From Nitrosopumilus sp. (GTDB taxonomy: Archaea > Thermoproteota > Nitrososphaeria > Nitrososphaerales > Nitrosopumilaceae), in contig CBDBCE010000005.1 in NCBI GenBank assembly GCA_965203315.1, positions 24,660 through 88,659 of the forward strand: DNA of 64,000 nucleotides. Direction: 5' to 3'. Each line of letters begins with the position of its first letter. Position 1 is the stretch's first letter. The notes under the pieces were generated by a model that did no database searches, was not told the DNA's origin, and saw only the letters and a program-made list of their open reading frames with translations. Shown one piece after another: positions 53,240-63,848 of the stretch. The translations under genes and the position numbers were made by a program.

Positions 53240-53866
53240 TTTACATTGAAATGTTATTCTCCCTCATTTAAATTAAGAATCAGCAGTGGACTATTTCGAC
53301 AGATATGACAAGTACTGATAGATTTCATAGGTATCAACACTGACAAAACAATGTCGTGTCAGTGCTATCAAGATGCCTGACATGTTTCCTTGCCCTCTCA
53401 TCTTGCTATAATGGCGCCATCATCCGCAGTTAAAACAAACAAAGGACTAAAACTCATCTTCCGACATGATCTTTGTATACGTCACATAGTGATAGCCCTT
53501 TTAGCTGTGTTACGGAGTCGATCTCTTGAATCAGTACCAGCTCTTCTGGAGAGGCATCCAGAACTAACTCGTCCAAATGCTGCAAACTCTGCCGTTCTTT
53601 GGGTGTCAACTGACATTTAATTCAAAGATCGGTTTTAATGCTCCAACGTTGACATATTAGACAAAATGGCTAAAAATAGTAAATGTCTGGCCACTCACAC
53701 GATGTGAGTTATCTCTCTTGTCATTCTCTGTGCGTTTCAGTATCATGTTCATGTGAGCGTTAATTCATCATTGTTTGAACACCAAAGTCACCATTATGTA
53801 TCACAAACTAGTGGCGCATCAACGAACACCGCATTTGGATGTTGTTCTAGATCAGTATAAAGAGCC

Positions 53867-54041
53867 GGTTCTGTTTAATTGACGAGGGTTGGCATTTTCT
53901 GTACAAAATTCCCGAAAAATTTCACAAAACGTGGAAACGGCCTCATATCGACTATCGTAAATTACTGATGTCTTAAGTCTCATGGTGTGCATTCGAGATA
54001 ACGTCATAAGGATTTCAACCACCCGTGAATTGAACAGAACC
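53867..54041. mobile_element. MITE family C (175 bp, IS6-type ends)
   Basis: GGTTCTGTTTAATTGACG...CGTGAATTGAACAGAACC imperfect TIRs; homologous to 21264-21440. Confidence 0.75.
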
Positions 54042-54145
54042 CGGGTGGCTAATCGCCTAGTATTTTATCTGTCAATTCACCCGTTTGTATCTGTCTTGGG
54101 GCTGTCCCGTCGAATCCAATTTCAAGGATCCGATAGGGCTCACTT

Positions 54146-54701
54146 TTATCTTCTAAATTCTGGAAATATGTCGACATATATCAGTTTAAAGTCACGCTTT
54201 GTTGGTTTTTCAGAAACTTGGTAATCGTTTTTCTTGTAGAAGCCGATTGCATCTTTGGTATACAAGATGATATATCTACAACCAATCTTTTCTGATACTT
54301 CTCTAGCTATACCAATACACCACAATAACACATATTCTCCAAATCCCTTTCCTCGTGATTCCTTGTCAATGCACAAATCAAGAATTATCATTGCAGGAAA
54401 GAACGCACCGTCACGGGTCGGAGGTCTCTTTTTTGGCGCAATCTCGTCTTTGTGAATGTTTGCCGAGGCCAGTGTCACATAGCCTATCGTTTTGCCTTTA
54501 TATCCAATCAGATATGTTACGCCCAGATGCGCCTCTTGGTTTTTTACTGCCCTTTTCTCGATAAACTTTTGTAAAGATTGGGAATCCTCGCCATCATCAT
54601 CCGTGCAGTCAAGACACGGCTTGTTTTTTTGAATTTAATTGTAGAAAATCAAAATCTTTTTCATTAAATGTTGCATTATGAGAAGTATTCACAGTGACCA
54701 A
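54146..54701 (-). pseudogene. GNAT acetyltransferase (AtaT/TacT-like toxin), frameshifted at an A7 tract (54624-54630)
   Basis: Upstream of ORF 54478 the frame continues LDCTDDDGEDSQSLQKFIEKRAVKNQEAHLGVTYL...IGYVTL. The N-terminus (..FNEKDFDFLQLNS) joins only if A7 becomes A6. Motifs RGKGFG and AIGFYKK. Confidence 0.7.
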
Positions 54702-54714
54702 AGTATACTGGTAA

Positions 54715-54921
54715 TTATTTTTTGCTTTGTTCAGACTTTGATTTTTCACACATGAGGCGATAAAATCTGTCTGCTTTTATTACACGATCTAGTTCTTTCT
54801 GTGTAGGCTTGCTTTTTCGATACTTGTCAAAATTCTCTGCGTCCTTTCCCGTGAGAACGATTGGCTCGTCTGGATGCATGTTGTACTCTTTCATACAGAT
54901 ATTTTTTAAGGTTTTTATCAA
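54715..54921 (-). CDS. Small putative antitoxin upstream of the GNAT gene
   Basis: PIVLTGKDAENF resembles the C-terminus of DUF1778-type antitoxins; operon position fits. Confidence 0.5.
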   Translation of the reverse strand: MIKTLKNICMKEYNMHPDEPIVLTGKDAENFDKYRKSKPTQKELDRVIKADRFYRLMCEKSKSEQSKK

Positions 54922-55261
54922 GCTGTCTCCGTCCAGGATCGCCTGGCGATCATCATAATTTCATCTGTTTTTGATCCTCTTACACAACACGACTAGGTTT
55001 CCAAGCACCCAGATCAATATTGTGGTAGATATTGTACTCCATCCGATGATTATTTTGAGAGATTACTACGTTTAGATTTTTGTGATATTTAGTCATCCAC
55101 AAGATAGTTTGACCATTTTGTGTCTAATAATAGGATAAAGCCGTATGCATGGATGTTCGGTGTGTAATCTTAATCTCTCGATCTTTGATTTTTCAAACCT
55201 AGAATCTGGCAGGTCCCTACAACTTTACAGAGCCGCTGATTTGGGTAGATTCAAAGCCAGC

Positions 55262-55381
55262 ATGAAAGCTTATGCATATTATGTAGGAAAATATCGTATA
55301 ATATTTACAATCGAATACACTGAAAATACAATAGCACTACATCGTGTATGTGATCATAAATCTGCATATGGCAAAGATTAG
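55262..55381 (+). pseudogene. RelE/ParE toxin C-terminal remnant
   Basis: VGKYRIIFTIEY...IALHRVCDHKSAY pattern; no convincing N-terminus. Confidence 0.55.
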
Positions 55382-55788
55382 ATGATTTGTTAATTTTAGC
55401 GGACGTAGTCATAAACCGATTAATAACAAGATCAATGGAGTTAGAGATAATAATTCAGAGAAGTTTCTAAAAACTTTGCAAAATTAGACCCCACAAATTG
55501 TGTTGTGAGTTTTGTTTCAACTGTTCTGTAGAGATGCAATAAACTAGATTACGATCTATTGTTCGCTGTTTCATTTGTTGCAATGTACATGTTCGCTTTT
55601 TTGTATAATGTTTGCATACTTGAATCTCTCTGTCTCGTCTCTTCCTTTTGTAGGCGTGCAGTCATACTCAACGCTACTCAAAACTCAGTTTATGCTTCAA
55701 TTGAGATCTGAGTTATGAGGACAGTTTCTAATTTTGTCCTAATGACTCATCTATACTAAAATATAATAAAAGAGTAGTTTATTGTACA

Positions 55789-56955
55789 TTGATGGAGACC
55801 AAGAATATCGGTTTACGTGGAATAGAGGTCGCTGACACACGAATATCTAACATCGACGGCAAACGTGGTAAGCTGATCTATCGTGGCTATGATATTGTGG
55901 AACTTACGGCAAAGTCCTCATTTGAAGAGACAGCATATCTCTTGTTATATGATCGTCTTCCAACAAAGAAGCAACTTGATGAATTTAACTCAAAATTGAT
56001 TGATGCACGGTATATTCCAAAACAGATGCAAAAGAATATGGGAAACTGGCGCAAGGACGCTGATCCGATGGATATGCTACAAGCCTTTGTAGCTGCACTA
56101 GCAGGATACTATGATGAAGAGTTTTCAAATAAAGATGCTAGTTATGATCGAGCAATCAATCTGATCGCAAAAGTCCCAACGATCGTTGCAAGTTGGCAGT
56201 GTATTCGAAACAATTTAGATATAGTTGATCCAGATCCATCATTGGGACACGCTGCAAACTTTCTCTATATGTTGTCTGGCAAAAAACCTGACTCTGATGT
56301 TGAACGTATCTTTGACATCTGTCTTATATTGCACGCTGATCATACGTTTAATGCTTCCACCTTTACAGCTAGACAAGTTGCATCCACTCGAGCTCACATG
56401 TACTCTGCATCTAGTGCTGCTATTGGGGCACTCAGTGGCGAATTGCACGGTGGCGCAAACACCGAGGTAATGAAGATGTTACTCGAGATTGGCGAGATCG
56501 CTAAAGTAGAGTCTTGGATCAAAGCTAGTATGGCTAGAGGTGAGAGAATAATGGGTATGGGTCATGCAGTATACCGTACGTACGATCCTAGAGCAGAGAT
56601 TCTGAAATCCATGTCAAAACAACTTGCCACAAAGACCGGTGATCCATGGTTTGCCATGACTGAAGCAGTAGAGCATGTAACCATATCTGAGATGAAATCT
56701 CAAAAGAATAGAGATATCTATCCTAATGTAGACCTATACAGCGCATCGATATACTATATGTTGGGAATTCCTGTGGATCTCAACACTCCAATATTTGCTA
56801 TATCGCGCGTAGCCGGATGGGCTGCTCACATAATTGAAGAAAAGTTTGCAGAAGCTGCACCAAAACCTGCACTATATAGGCCCAAAGCAGTCTATGTGGG
56901 CAAATATTGTGGTCCTCAAGGCTGTGAGTACAAGGAACTCGACCTTAGAGGCTAG
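55789..56955 (+). CDS. gltA: Citrate synthase
   Basis: LHADHTFNASTF, LHGGAN, GMGHAVY, YPNVDLYS. Confidence 0.95.
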   Translation: MMETKNIGLRGIEVADTRISNIDGKRGKLIYRGYDIVELTAKSSFEETAYLLLYDRLPTKKQLDEFNSKLIDARYIPKQMQKNMGNWRKDADPMDMLQAFVAALAGYYDEEFSNKDASYDRAINLIAKVPTIVASWQCIRNNLDIVDPDPSLGHAANFLYMLSGKKPDSDVERIFDICLILHADHTFNASTFTARQVASTRAHMYSASSAAIGALSGELHGGANTEVMKMLLEIGEIAKVESWIKASMARGERIMGMGHAVYRTYDPRAEILKSMSKQLATKTGDPWFAMTEAVEHVTISEMKSQKNRDIYPNVDLYSASIYYMLGIPVDLNTPIFAISRVAGWAAHIIEEKFAEAAPKPALYRPKAVYVGKYCGPQGCEYKELDLRG

Positions 56956-57280
56956 ATATCTAGTTTTGTACAGTATTACTCTCAATGTCTTGTGTTGATT
57001 AATATCCAAAGATCATCTCGTAAAATATCTAACTCTTTTGATCTTGTATTTCGACCATCGTATTCCACTGACCATAATTCACATCATGAATGCTGTGTCA
57101 ACTCGTCCACAATCTTTGTAGAATGTATTTGTGACGTGTTTCTGATTTTAAATACACGTAGTTTATTCAAATTTGTTGACGGTATAGCCAACACTGACTG
57201 CTATACGCTGCAACTATATGTCCTGCCTTCTAAATACAAGACTCTTGACTCATCAAATACATATCTAAAAAAAGCAGTGA

Positions 57281-58987
57281 TTGACAGTACATGTGATGGA
57301 GCATAATCAAACAGACACTATGTTGTCAAACTTTCCAAACAATCTTACACCAAGAGATATTCAAAGAGATATCCTCAAAGATATTGATCAAGAGATGCGC
57401 TCTGGCTACAAAAAGATCGTAATCTCTGCCCCTACTGGTTCTGGCAAGTCTGCTATTGGTATAGCTCTTGCAAACTCTCTCCATAGTTCGTTCATAGTTA
57501 CCGCATCTAAATCTCTCCAAGATCAATATGTCCATGACTTTAAACATCTAAGATCGGTCAAAGGCAAATCAAACTTTGCATGCCTGAAACAGATGGAACG
57601 CAAATCTGATCCTGTCAAAAGCCAAAAGACGGCACTACGATTAGGTATGACATGTGATAAAGGAGAATGTGTAGAAAAGAAACTAGTTGATGGTAAGGAA
57701 AAGGCAGTCAGTTGTAAATACAGACCAGCGATCCAAGATTATCAGTATGGTTTTGATGGTACTATATGTCACTACTATCAACAAAAGTATGATGCTCTTA
57801 TGTCGCCATACTCCATCTGGAACTATTTCTCATACTTTCAGATCATGAAATTTAATCTAAAGACATATGGCGACTATTTGAACAAAGACGTATCGATATT
57901 TGATGAAGCACACAATATAGAGAATCAGATACTGCGCTTCATTGGATTCGATCTAACTACCTCTCAGCTAGAGAGATGTGGCATCGAACATAGTCGATAC
58001 AATCTAGATGACATTGAAGACATACTTGTTATACTACGTACAATGGCTAAATATTATGCAGAAGAGATTAAATTGGTTGTTGAGAGCAAAGCATATCAAA
58101 ATAAACCTGACTACAGTAAGATCGAACCGCTAGAAAAAAAGTTTGAGAGGGTGGTTGATGCAAGAAATGAAATTGAAGATGAACCTGAAAATTTTATCAT
58201 AAATGTAAATAAAAACAACTATGGTTCTATGATATCTATTACGCCTTTAGATATATCCAAATATGCCAAACAGTTTTTTGTTACGCCGCATCAAATATTC
58301 ATGTCAGCTACCATCAGTCGTGACTCTTTCTGTCAGACTATGGGTATTCCAAACGATGAAGTTGCATTTGTAGATGCTCCGTATTCGCCATTTGATCTGG
58401 ATCATCGTAGTATAGAGATCTCTGATGTGGGGCGTTTAAACTATAAAACAACTCCTGACACAGAGAAGCGACTCTTTGATGCTATCAATAGTATCATGAC
58501 AAACAAACATCCTAATGATCGTGGTCTGATATTGACATCGTCAAAGAAATGGTGTGAGACTATACTTGACGGAATGACACCACAAAATAGATCCAGAGTT
58601 CGAATCTGCCACGCAACCAACCCTGATGGCAAAACTCAAGATGAGGTACTACGAGAACATGGCAAGACACCAAACAGTGTACTGTTGTCCTCATCTCTTT
58701 GGGAAGGTGTTGATCTCAAAGACGATCTATCTAGATTTCAAATAGTGGCCAAGATACCGTATCCAAACTTTGCTGAGAAACGAACAAGGCTTATGAAAGA
58801 GCGTTACCCGTTGTGGTATCCGGCACAAACCTTGACCAAAATGTTGCAAGGGTTTGGAAGATCCATACGAAACGAGAAAGATTGGGCAAAGACGTATGTC
58901 TTGGACTCTAGTATAAATCGTCTTGTATCCAACTATCGAGATCTCATTCCAAAGGCATATCATGACTCATTGAATATGGAATCATGA
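57281..58987 (+). CDS. XPD/DinG-family SF2 helicase
   Basis: APTGSGKS, FDEAHN, MSAT, WEGVD, QGFGRSIR; Cys cluster. Confidence 0.9.
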   Translation: MTVHVMEHNQTDTMLSNFPNNLTPRDIQRDILKDIDQEMRSGYKKIVISAPTGSGKSAIGIALANSLHSSFIVTASKSLQDQYVHDFKHLRSVKGKSNFACLKQMERKSDPVKSQKTALRLGMTCDKGECVEKKLVDGKEKAVSCKYRPAIQDYQYGFDGTICHYYQQKYDALMSPYSIWNYFSYFQIMKFNLKTYGDYLNKDVSIFDEAHNIENQILRFIGFDLTTSQLERCGIEHSRYNLDDIEDILVILRTMAKYYAEEIKLVVESKAYQNKPDYSKIEPLEKKFERVVDARNEIEDEPENFIINVNKNNYGSMISITPLDISKYAKQFFVTPHQIFMSATISRDSFCQTMGIPNDEVAFVDAPYSPFDLDHRSIEISDVGRLNYKTTPDTEKRLFDAINSIMTNKHPNDRGLILTSSKKWCETILDGMTPQNRSRVRICHATNPDGKTQDEVLREHGKTPNSVLLSSSLWEGVDLKDDLSRFQIVAKIPYPNFAEKRTRLMKERYPLWYPAQTLTKMLQGFGRSIRNEKDWAKTYVLDSSINRLVSNYRDLIPKAYHDSLNMES

Positions 58988-59248
58988 TTTGTAACTAGTT
59001 TTGTAAATATTCTACAGTTCTTTTTACAGAATTTGTAATCTAGTCGGCTTTTTTCAAGACACTGAATGTTGTTTTTATAAAACTTGATTATTTTTAGAGA
59101 AATTTGATTTTATTTGGCAATTATCTCAACGTTGACATATCTGTGACTCAATCCAAAGTTACTTTTCATTACATTCTCTCATAATTCTTCTAGAGTTACT
59201 GGGTACCTGATCATCAAATTTAAATACAAGATAACAATTTCACTAATT

Positions 59249-59917
59249 ATGAAGTATGAAATAAAAAAGAATCCGATGGGAATTGTAGAGTTTTTAATGG
59301 AACGTGGTGATCACGTGGTCGCAGAATCTGGCGCCATGGTCTACATCTCTGGTGATATCAAGACAAATACTAGAATGAGAAAGGGTGGTCTATTTCAGAC
59401 ACTAAAGACTGCTACATTTGGTGGTGAAACATTCTTTGTTAACGAGTTTGTAGCACAAGATAGTGGTAAACTGGGAATTACTGGTAATATGCTTGGTGAC
59501 ATAGATGTCATACAAATAGATAGCGAATATATAGTACAAAGTGGAGCGTTCATAGCCTCTATTGGCGATCTAACGCTTGATACAAAATGGCAGGGATTTA
59601 CTAGAGGTATATTTGGTAGTAATCTGTTTATGCTCAAGACCGTAGGTAAAGGAGAATTGTTTGTAAATGCGTGGGGCGGAATTCTAAAACATACTCTAGA
59701 GAGTGGCGAAAAGTTACTTGTAGATAACTATCAACTAGTAGCACTTTCATCTAGCGCGCAATATCGTGTCACCAAACATGGTAATCTAAAGACAACACTG
59801 TTTGGTGGTGAAGCTCTATTGATTGAGATTATAGGTCCTGGTACAGTATACTTACAAACTAAAAATATTACCGAGTTTGTAAAGGCATTAATTCCATTTC
59901 TACCAAAACAGAGATAG
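59249..59917 (+). CDS. AIM24/TIGR00266 family protein
   Basis: AESGAMV, GGETFF.N, GEAL....GPGTVYLQT. Confidence 0.88.
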   Translation: MKYEIKKNPMGIVEFLMERGDHVVAESGAMVYISGDIKTNTRMRKGGLFQTLKTATFGGETFFVNEFVAQDSGKLGITGNMLGDIDVIQIDSEYIVQSGAFIASIGDLTLDTKWQGFTRGIFGSNLFMLKTVGKGELFVNAWGGILKHTLESGEKLLVDNYQLVALSSSAQYRVTKHGNLKTTLFGGEALLIEIIGPGTVYLQTKNITEFVKALIPFLPKQR

Positions 59918-60552
59918 AATGGTACATCTAACATCCATTTGATAATTATGATCTAAATTATGTCATCCATAGTTGTACGAGAACCGTTTGTTTTGAATGC
60001 ATGTTGAATATTCTGCAAGTCATGCATAGATTTGTAATATCGTGTTTCAATGCGATACATTTGTAGATGACAATTATTTGGTGACTATTCGTGGTTCAAC
60101 ACAATCATCAAAATTATGTCGCCTAGTTGTAATTTGTCTTGTACCTAGAGTTTGTACACAAAATGGAATAGTTGGATACGAAACGCAAAAATACTCGTCA
60201 TATTAATCAAGAAACACTATCTGTTCAAATCATATGTGACCATGCCGATTCTAAAAGATCATCTGTGGGACTATTACATTTGTCGATTAGAGACAACTCG
60301 ACTAAACTAGACGTATTCAATGTATGAGTATCTCCTCAATATGTGTGTTTGGTTTATGATCCGTCGTCATAATCGATCCATATCTGTCATACTGTGGCAT
60401 TTTTATTTTAATATGCATAATGCAACACCATGACCTCAACATGCTTGGTCATTACAAAATAGATCGTCTAGATAGCTCTAGATCGCGTATAATGGTGCCT
60501 CTCCGTCTCTATTCAAGCATAAGCTTATTTATTCTAAGATAGTTGAGTTGAT

Positions 60553-61656
60553 ATGATGGGACGTAAAGGACTCAAATTTGGTATTCAAAACGGACTCAAT
60601 GTAGCGAGAGCAGGGTATACCGAAGATCAGATACTCACTGCATGCATGCTTGCAGACAAGACTGGATATGACTCTATATTTTACATGGATCACACAAATG
60701 TCCCTCAATGGAAGAATGCTACGGTTCTTGATCCATGGGTGATGCTGTCTGCAATTGCGGCTGTTACAAATAATGTTGAACTTGGTACTTGTGTGACTGA
60801 TGCAATCCGTCGCCATCCATCAAACATTGCTCTTGCTGCAATAACTCTTGATCGGATATCAAAAGGGCGAGCAATACTCGGCATTGGAGCAGGGGAAGCA
60901 CAGAATCTGAAAGAATTTTGTATTCCGTTTGAAAAACCTGTATCGAAATGGGAGGAACAGATCCAAGTGATTCATACATTATACAAATCAGATCCAGACA
61001 ATACTGTAAACTATACTGGCAAGTACTATAAACTTGAAGCAGCTTGTCTCCAAGCTCCATATATACGAAAACCTCGTATACCAACATACATGGCGTCTGG
61101 CGGTACTAGAACACTTGCATTGACCGGTAAACTCGGCGATGGTTGGTTACCTATTGGATATACTCCTGAATTATTTGAAGATCACGCAAAACAGATCCGG
61201 ATATCTATGGACAAAAATGAACGTACACAAGAAGAGAAGGACAACTTTGAGTATGCACTTGATATAGACGTCTACTTTTCTGATGATGCAGAAGAGTCAT
61301 GGGCTAGAATGAAAGAAGCAGTAAAGGTTAGTCTATTCAAGCCAGAGATTCTACGCGTTCATCAATTAAAAGAGATTGAAGGCTTTGACTTTAGAAAGTA
61401 TTTCACAGAGTATTCAATGTCGAATCAAGACTGGATAGTAAAGATGCGTGAAGCTGCTACAAAGATTCCAGAACACGTCGCACGCTCATCTACTGCGGTG
61501 GGTACTCCTGAGGATATAATTCCCACATTCGAGAGATTCATGGATGCGGGTGTGAATCACTTTGTCATCAGATTTTGGGGCAAGAACTATTTTGGCTCTA
61601 TAGACAAGTTTGCAAGTCACGTGATGCCAGTACTGCGGGAGAAGGCAAAACAATAA
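60553..61656 (+). CDS. LLM-class (probably F420-dependent) oxidoreductase
   Basis: DPWVMLSAIAAVT..VELGTCVT, TLDRISKGRAILGIGAG, GDGWLP. Confidence 0.9.
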   Translation: MMGRKGLKFGIQNGLNVARAGYTEDQILTACMLADKTGYDSIFYMDHTNVPQWKNATVLDPWVMLSAIAAVTNNVELGTCVTDAIRRHPSNIALAAITLDRISKGRAILGIGAGEAQNLKEFCIPFEKPVSKWEEQIQVIHTLYKSDPDNTVNYTGKYYKLEAACLQAPYIRKPRIPTYMASGGTRTLALTGKLGDGWLPIGYTPELFEDHAKQIRISMDKNERTQEEKDNFEYALDIDVYFSDDAEESWARMKEAVKVSLFKPEILRVHQLKEIEGFDFRKYFTEYSMSNQDWIVKMREAATKIPEHVARSSTAVGTPEDIIPTFERFMDAGVNHFVIRFWGKNYFGSIDKFASHVMPVLREKAKQ

Positions 61657-61874
61657 TGTCTTCAGATCTCACAGAACAACCTATGGCAGAATTCATCAAC
61701 GAACTGAATCATCTCCTGGATGAGAGTATAGACACACTATGTGATTTAGACTCTGATGATAAAGTCGTGACCAACATGTCTATGACTCATCTATACGATA
61801 TGGTCGAAGATGTAGTAATCTCTACTAGAACTAGACGTGCTGAAGATGGTCTCTTTGAGCGTATGTTGAGTTGA
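61656..61874 (+). CDS. Hypothetical acidic protein
   Basis: TAATG-coupled start MSSDLTEQ. Confidence 0.55.
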   Translation: MSSDLTEQPMAEFINELNHLLDESIDTLCDLDSDDKVVTNMSMTHLYDMVEDVVISTRTRRAEDGLFERMLS

Positions 61875-61967
61875 ACATGATATACGTACAAAAATACCGA
61901 GTCGTATTTTGAGGCAAGCTTGACAACACATGCAGTTTTTTATATCTGATCGATCATATTATATCTG

Positions 61968-62216
61968 ATGCTTGAGAAACAGTTCAACTCTGATCTGATG
62001 TATAACGAGATCGTTCATTATTATATTGATAAAAAGGGATACACAAAACAAAAAGCAAACGCGATAGCACAAACTGTCCTTCGTAGAGAGATTGAACGAC
62101 GCACATGTAAGAATCCATCTTGTGGTCATATGTCACACGATCATATTAGGAATGCGGGAACATGCCTAATCACAACATGTGACTGTAACAAATTTCTAGC
62201 AAAAGACACTAGTTGA
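61968..62216 (+). CDS. Hypothetical Cys/His-rich small protein
   Basis: CKNPSCGH..HDH.....CL...C.C; TATA-like sequence upstream. Confidence 0.65.
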   Translation: MLEKQFNSDLMYNEIVHYYIDKKGYTKQKANAIAQTVLRREIERRTCKNPSCGHMSHDHIRNAGTCLITTCDCNKFLAKDTS

Positions 62217-63179
62217 TGTTAGTGGCTCTGCAGATATATCTATTGCACGTAGATGTGCCGTGAACTCGTCTACAAATCCATGCACAGCATAAACTTGTTC
62301 TGCTTGTGATTTTTTTACCATGTCTACAAGCTCATCAAAGTCGCAGTGATCACTTAATGGAAAAGAATAGTCAGTGTTTCTACCATAAGGATATCTAGTT
62401 GACTTTGCCCATCCGGTAAAACCTATCGTCACTGCATCATATCTAGACTTTATCTCTCTGACAAATGTACTCTTTGGGTATAACAATGGAGCAACCATTA
62501 TCCACGGTTTCTTGTCTAACAATCCTTTATCTCGAGCTTTAGTGTATTCAATACATTCTGGTAGGTGTACTCCAAGTGATCTATGTAGATCATTCATCTC
62601 TTTTACAGAGTCGTGTAGATATAGTGGCTGCCAATGTTCAAACATCTGTGTTATTGTTTGTGCCTTGCCCAATTGATGCCCCATCAATACTACTGGAATT
62701 CCTTGATCATAGAGCTTTGATATCAACTCATCTGCTTGTTTTCTGATATCGTTGATCTTTGGAAATTTAAATTCTGGTAGACCAAACGTGCATTCTGTGA
62801 TCAATGTCTTGCATTTGGGAATTCTGGCGCCACGTAGAAATCCTCTGTCTCTAGTACAAATATCTCCTGTGTAAAATATGTCGTTGAACAGTATGCCCCG
62901 AGATCCAAGTATGTGACCGGCATCTACCAGCATGTATCCTTCTCTGGATTTGGTATGGTTTATGATCTTTTTATTTCGTAGATTTGCAATCTCTATCGTC
63001 TCATTTGACGCTAGCGCTGCACCATTGTTTTTTGAGGGCAAGTGATCCATATGTGCATGTGATACAAAGATAGTGTGATTCGAGTTTGCGCTAGATGGAT
63101 CGAGATATATGGACTCTTGTTCTGTCTTACACAAGATTCCATTCTCGGTAACGACTATCTCGTTCAATGTCATGCCCAC
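62196..63179 (-). CDS. Metallo-beta-lactamase / beta-CASP nuclease
   Basis: SHAHMDH, AGHILGS, YTGD, ECTFG, LSDHCD, VHG. Confidence 0.88.
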   Translation of the reverse strand: MGMTLNEIVVTENGILCKTEQESIYLDPSSANSNHTIFVSHAHMDHLPSKNNGAALASNETIEIANLRNKKIINHTKSREGYMLVDAGHILGSRGILFNDIFYTGDICTRDRGFLRGARIPKCKTLITECTFGLPEFKFPKINDIRKQADELISKLYDQGIPVVLMGHQLGKAQTITQMFEHWQPLYLHDSVKEMNDLHRSLGVHLPECIEYTKARDKGLLDKKPWIMVAPLLYPKSTFVREIKSRYDAVTIGFTGWAKSTRYPYGRNTDYSFPLSDHCDFDELVDMVKKSQAEQVYAVHGFVDEFTAHLRAIDISAEPLTSTSVFC

Positions 63180-63224
63180 AAATCAATTTGATATAAATTA
63201 CTAGATTGAACATCTGTTGACTAG

Positions 63225-63848
63225 TTGTTGAATTTAGGAATATTGATCTCTGGTCGCGGTAGCAACATGTCTGCCATCCTAAGACATATCAACGAACAGA
63301 ATATCCAAATCAATCCATCTATTGTAATCTCTAACAACCCTACAGCTAAGGGTCTAGATGTTGCTAGTTCGATGGGAGTTAAGACTGCTGTTGTACCAAG
63401 TAAAGGGTTTATGGGCAGTCGATCCGAGTATGATGATCAAGTAATCAAACTCTTGACACAAAACAAAGTTACTCCTAGAAACGGACTAGTATGTCTTGCA
63501 GGATTTATGCGTATTTTAGGTCCATCTTTTGTATCAAAGTACAAGAACCGAATCTTGAATATACATCCCTCACTACTCCCAGCATTTCCTGGAATTGCAG
63601 CTCAACGACAAGCACTAGATTATGGCGCAAAGTATACTGGATGTACGGTTCATATCGTTGACGCTGGAACTGATACTGGTCCTATAGTTATTCAGGATGT
63701 TGTCAAGATTGATGATTCCGATACCGAGAAGACGCTCTCAGCTAAGATTCTTCGCAAGGAGCACAAGATATATCCAAAGGCTGTAGAGTTGTTTGCTAAA
63801 AACAAGATCAAAATAATGGGACATCGAGTAACAATCTCGCATTCATAA
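63225..63848 (+). CDS. purN: Phosphoribosylglycinamide formyltransferase
   Basis: ISGRGSN, LAGFMRIL, NIHPSLLP, GCTVH, DTGP. Confidence 0.96.
   Translation: MLNLGILISGRGSNMSAILRHINEQNIQINPSIVISNNPTAKGLDVASSMGVKTAVVPSKGFMGSRSEYDDQVIKLLTQNKVTPRNGLVCLAGFMRILGPSFVSKYKNRILNIHPSLLPAFPGIAAQRQALDYGAKYTGCTVHIVDAGTDTGPIVIQDVVKIDDSDTEKTLSAKILRKEHKIYPKAVELFAKNKIKIMGHRVTISHS

Noticed and set aside
53390-53620. 76-aa plus-strand ORF
   Set aside because: No motif; the minus strand looks more like a frameshifted remnant of a small acidic protein, but too weak to call.
54043-54118. IS1595-like TIR fragments (GGCTAATCGCC, GGGGCTGTCC) bounding the GNAT module as a passenger transposon
   Set aside because: Matches are short and in the same orientation, with no partner end or TSD.
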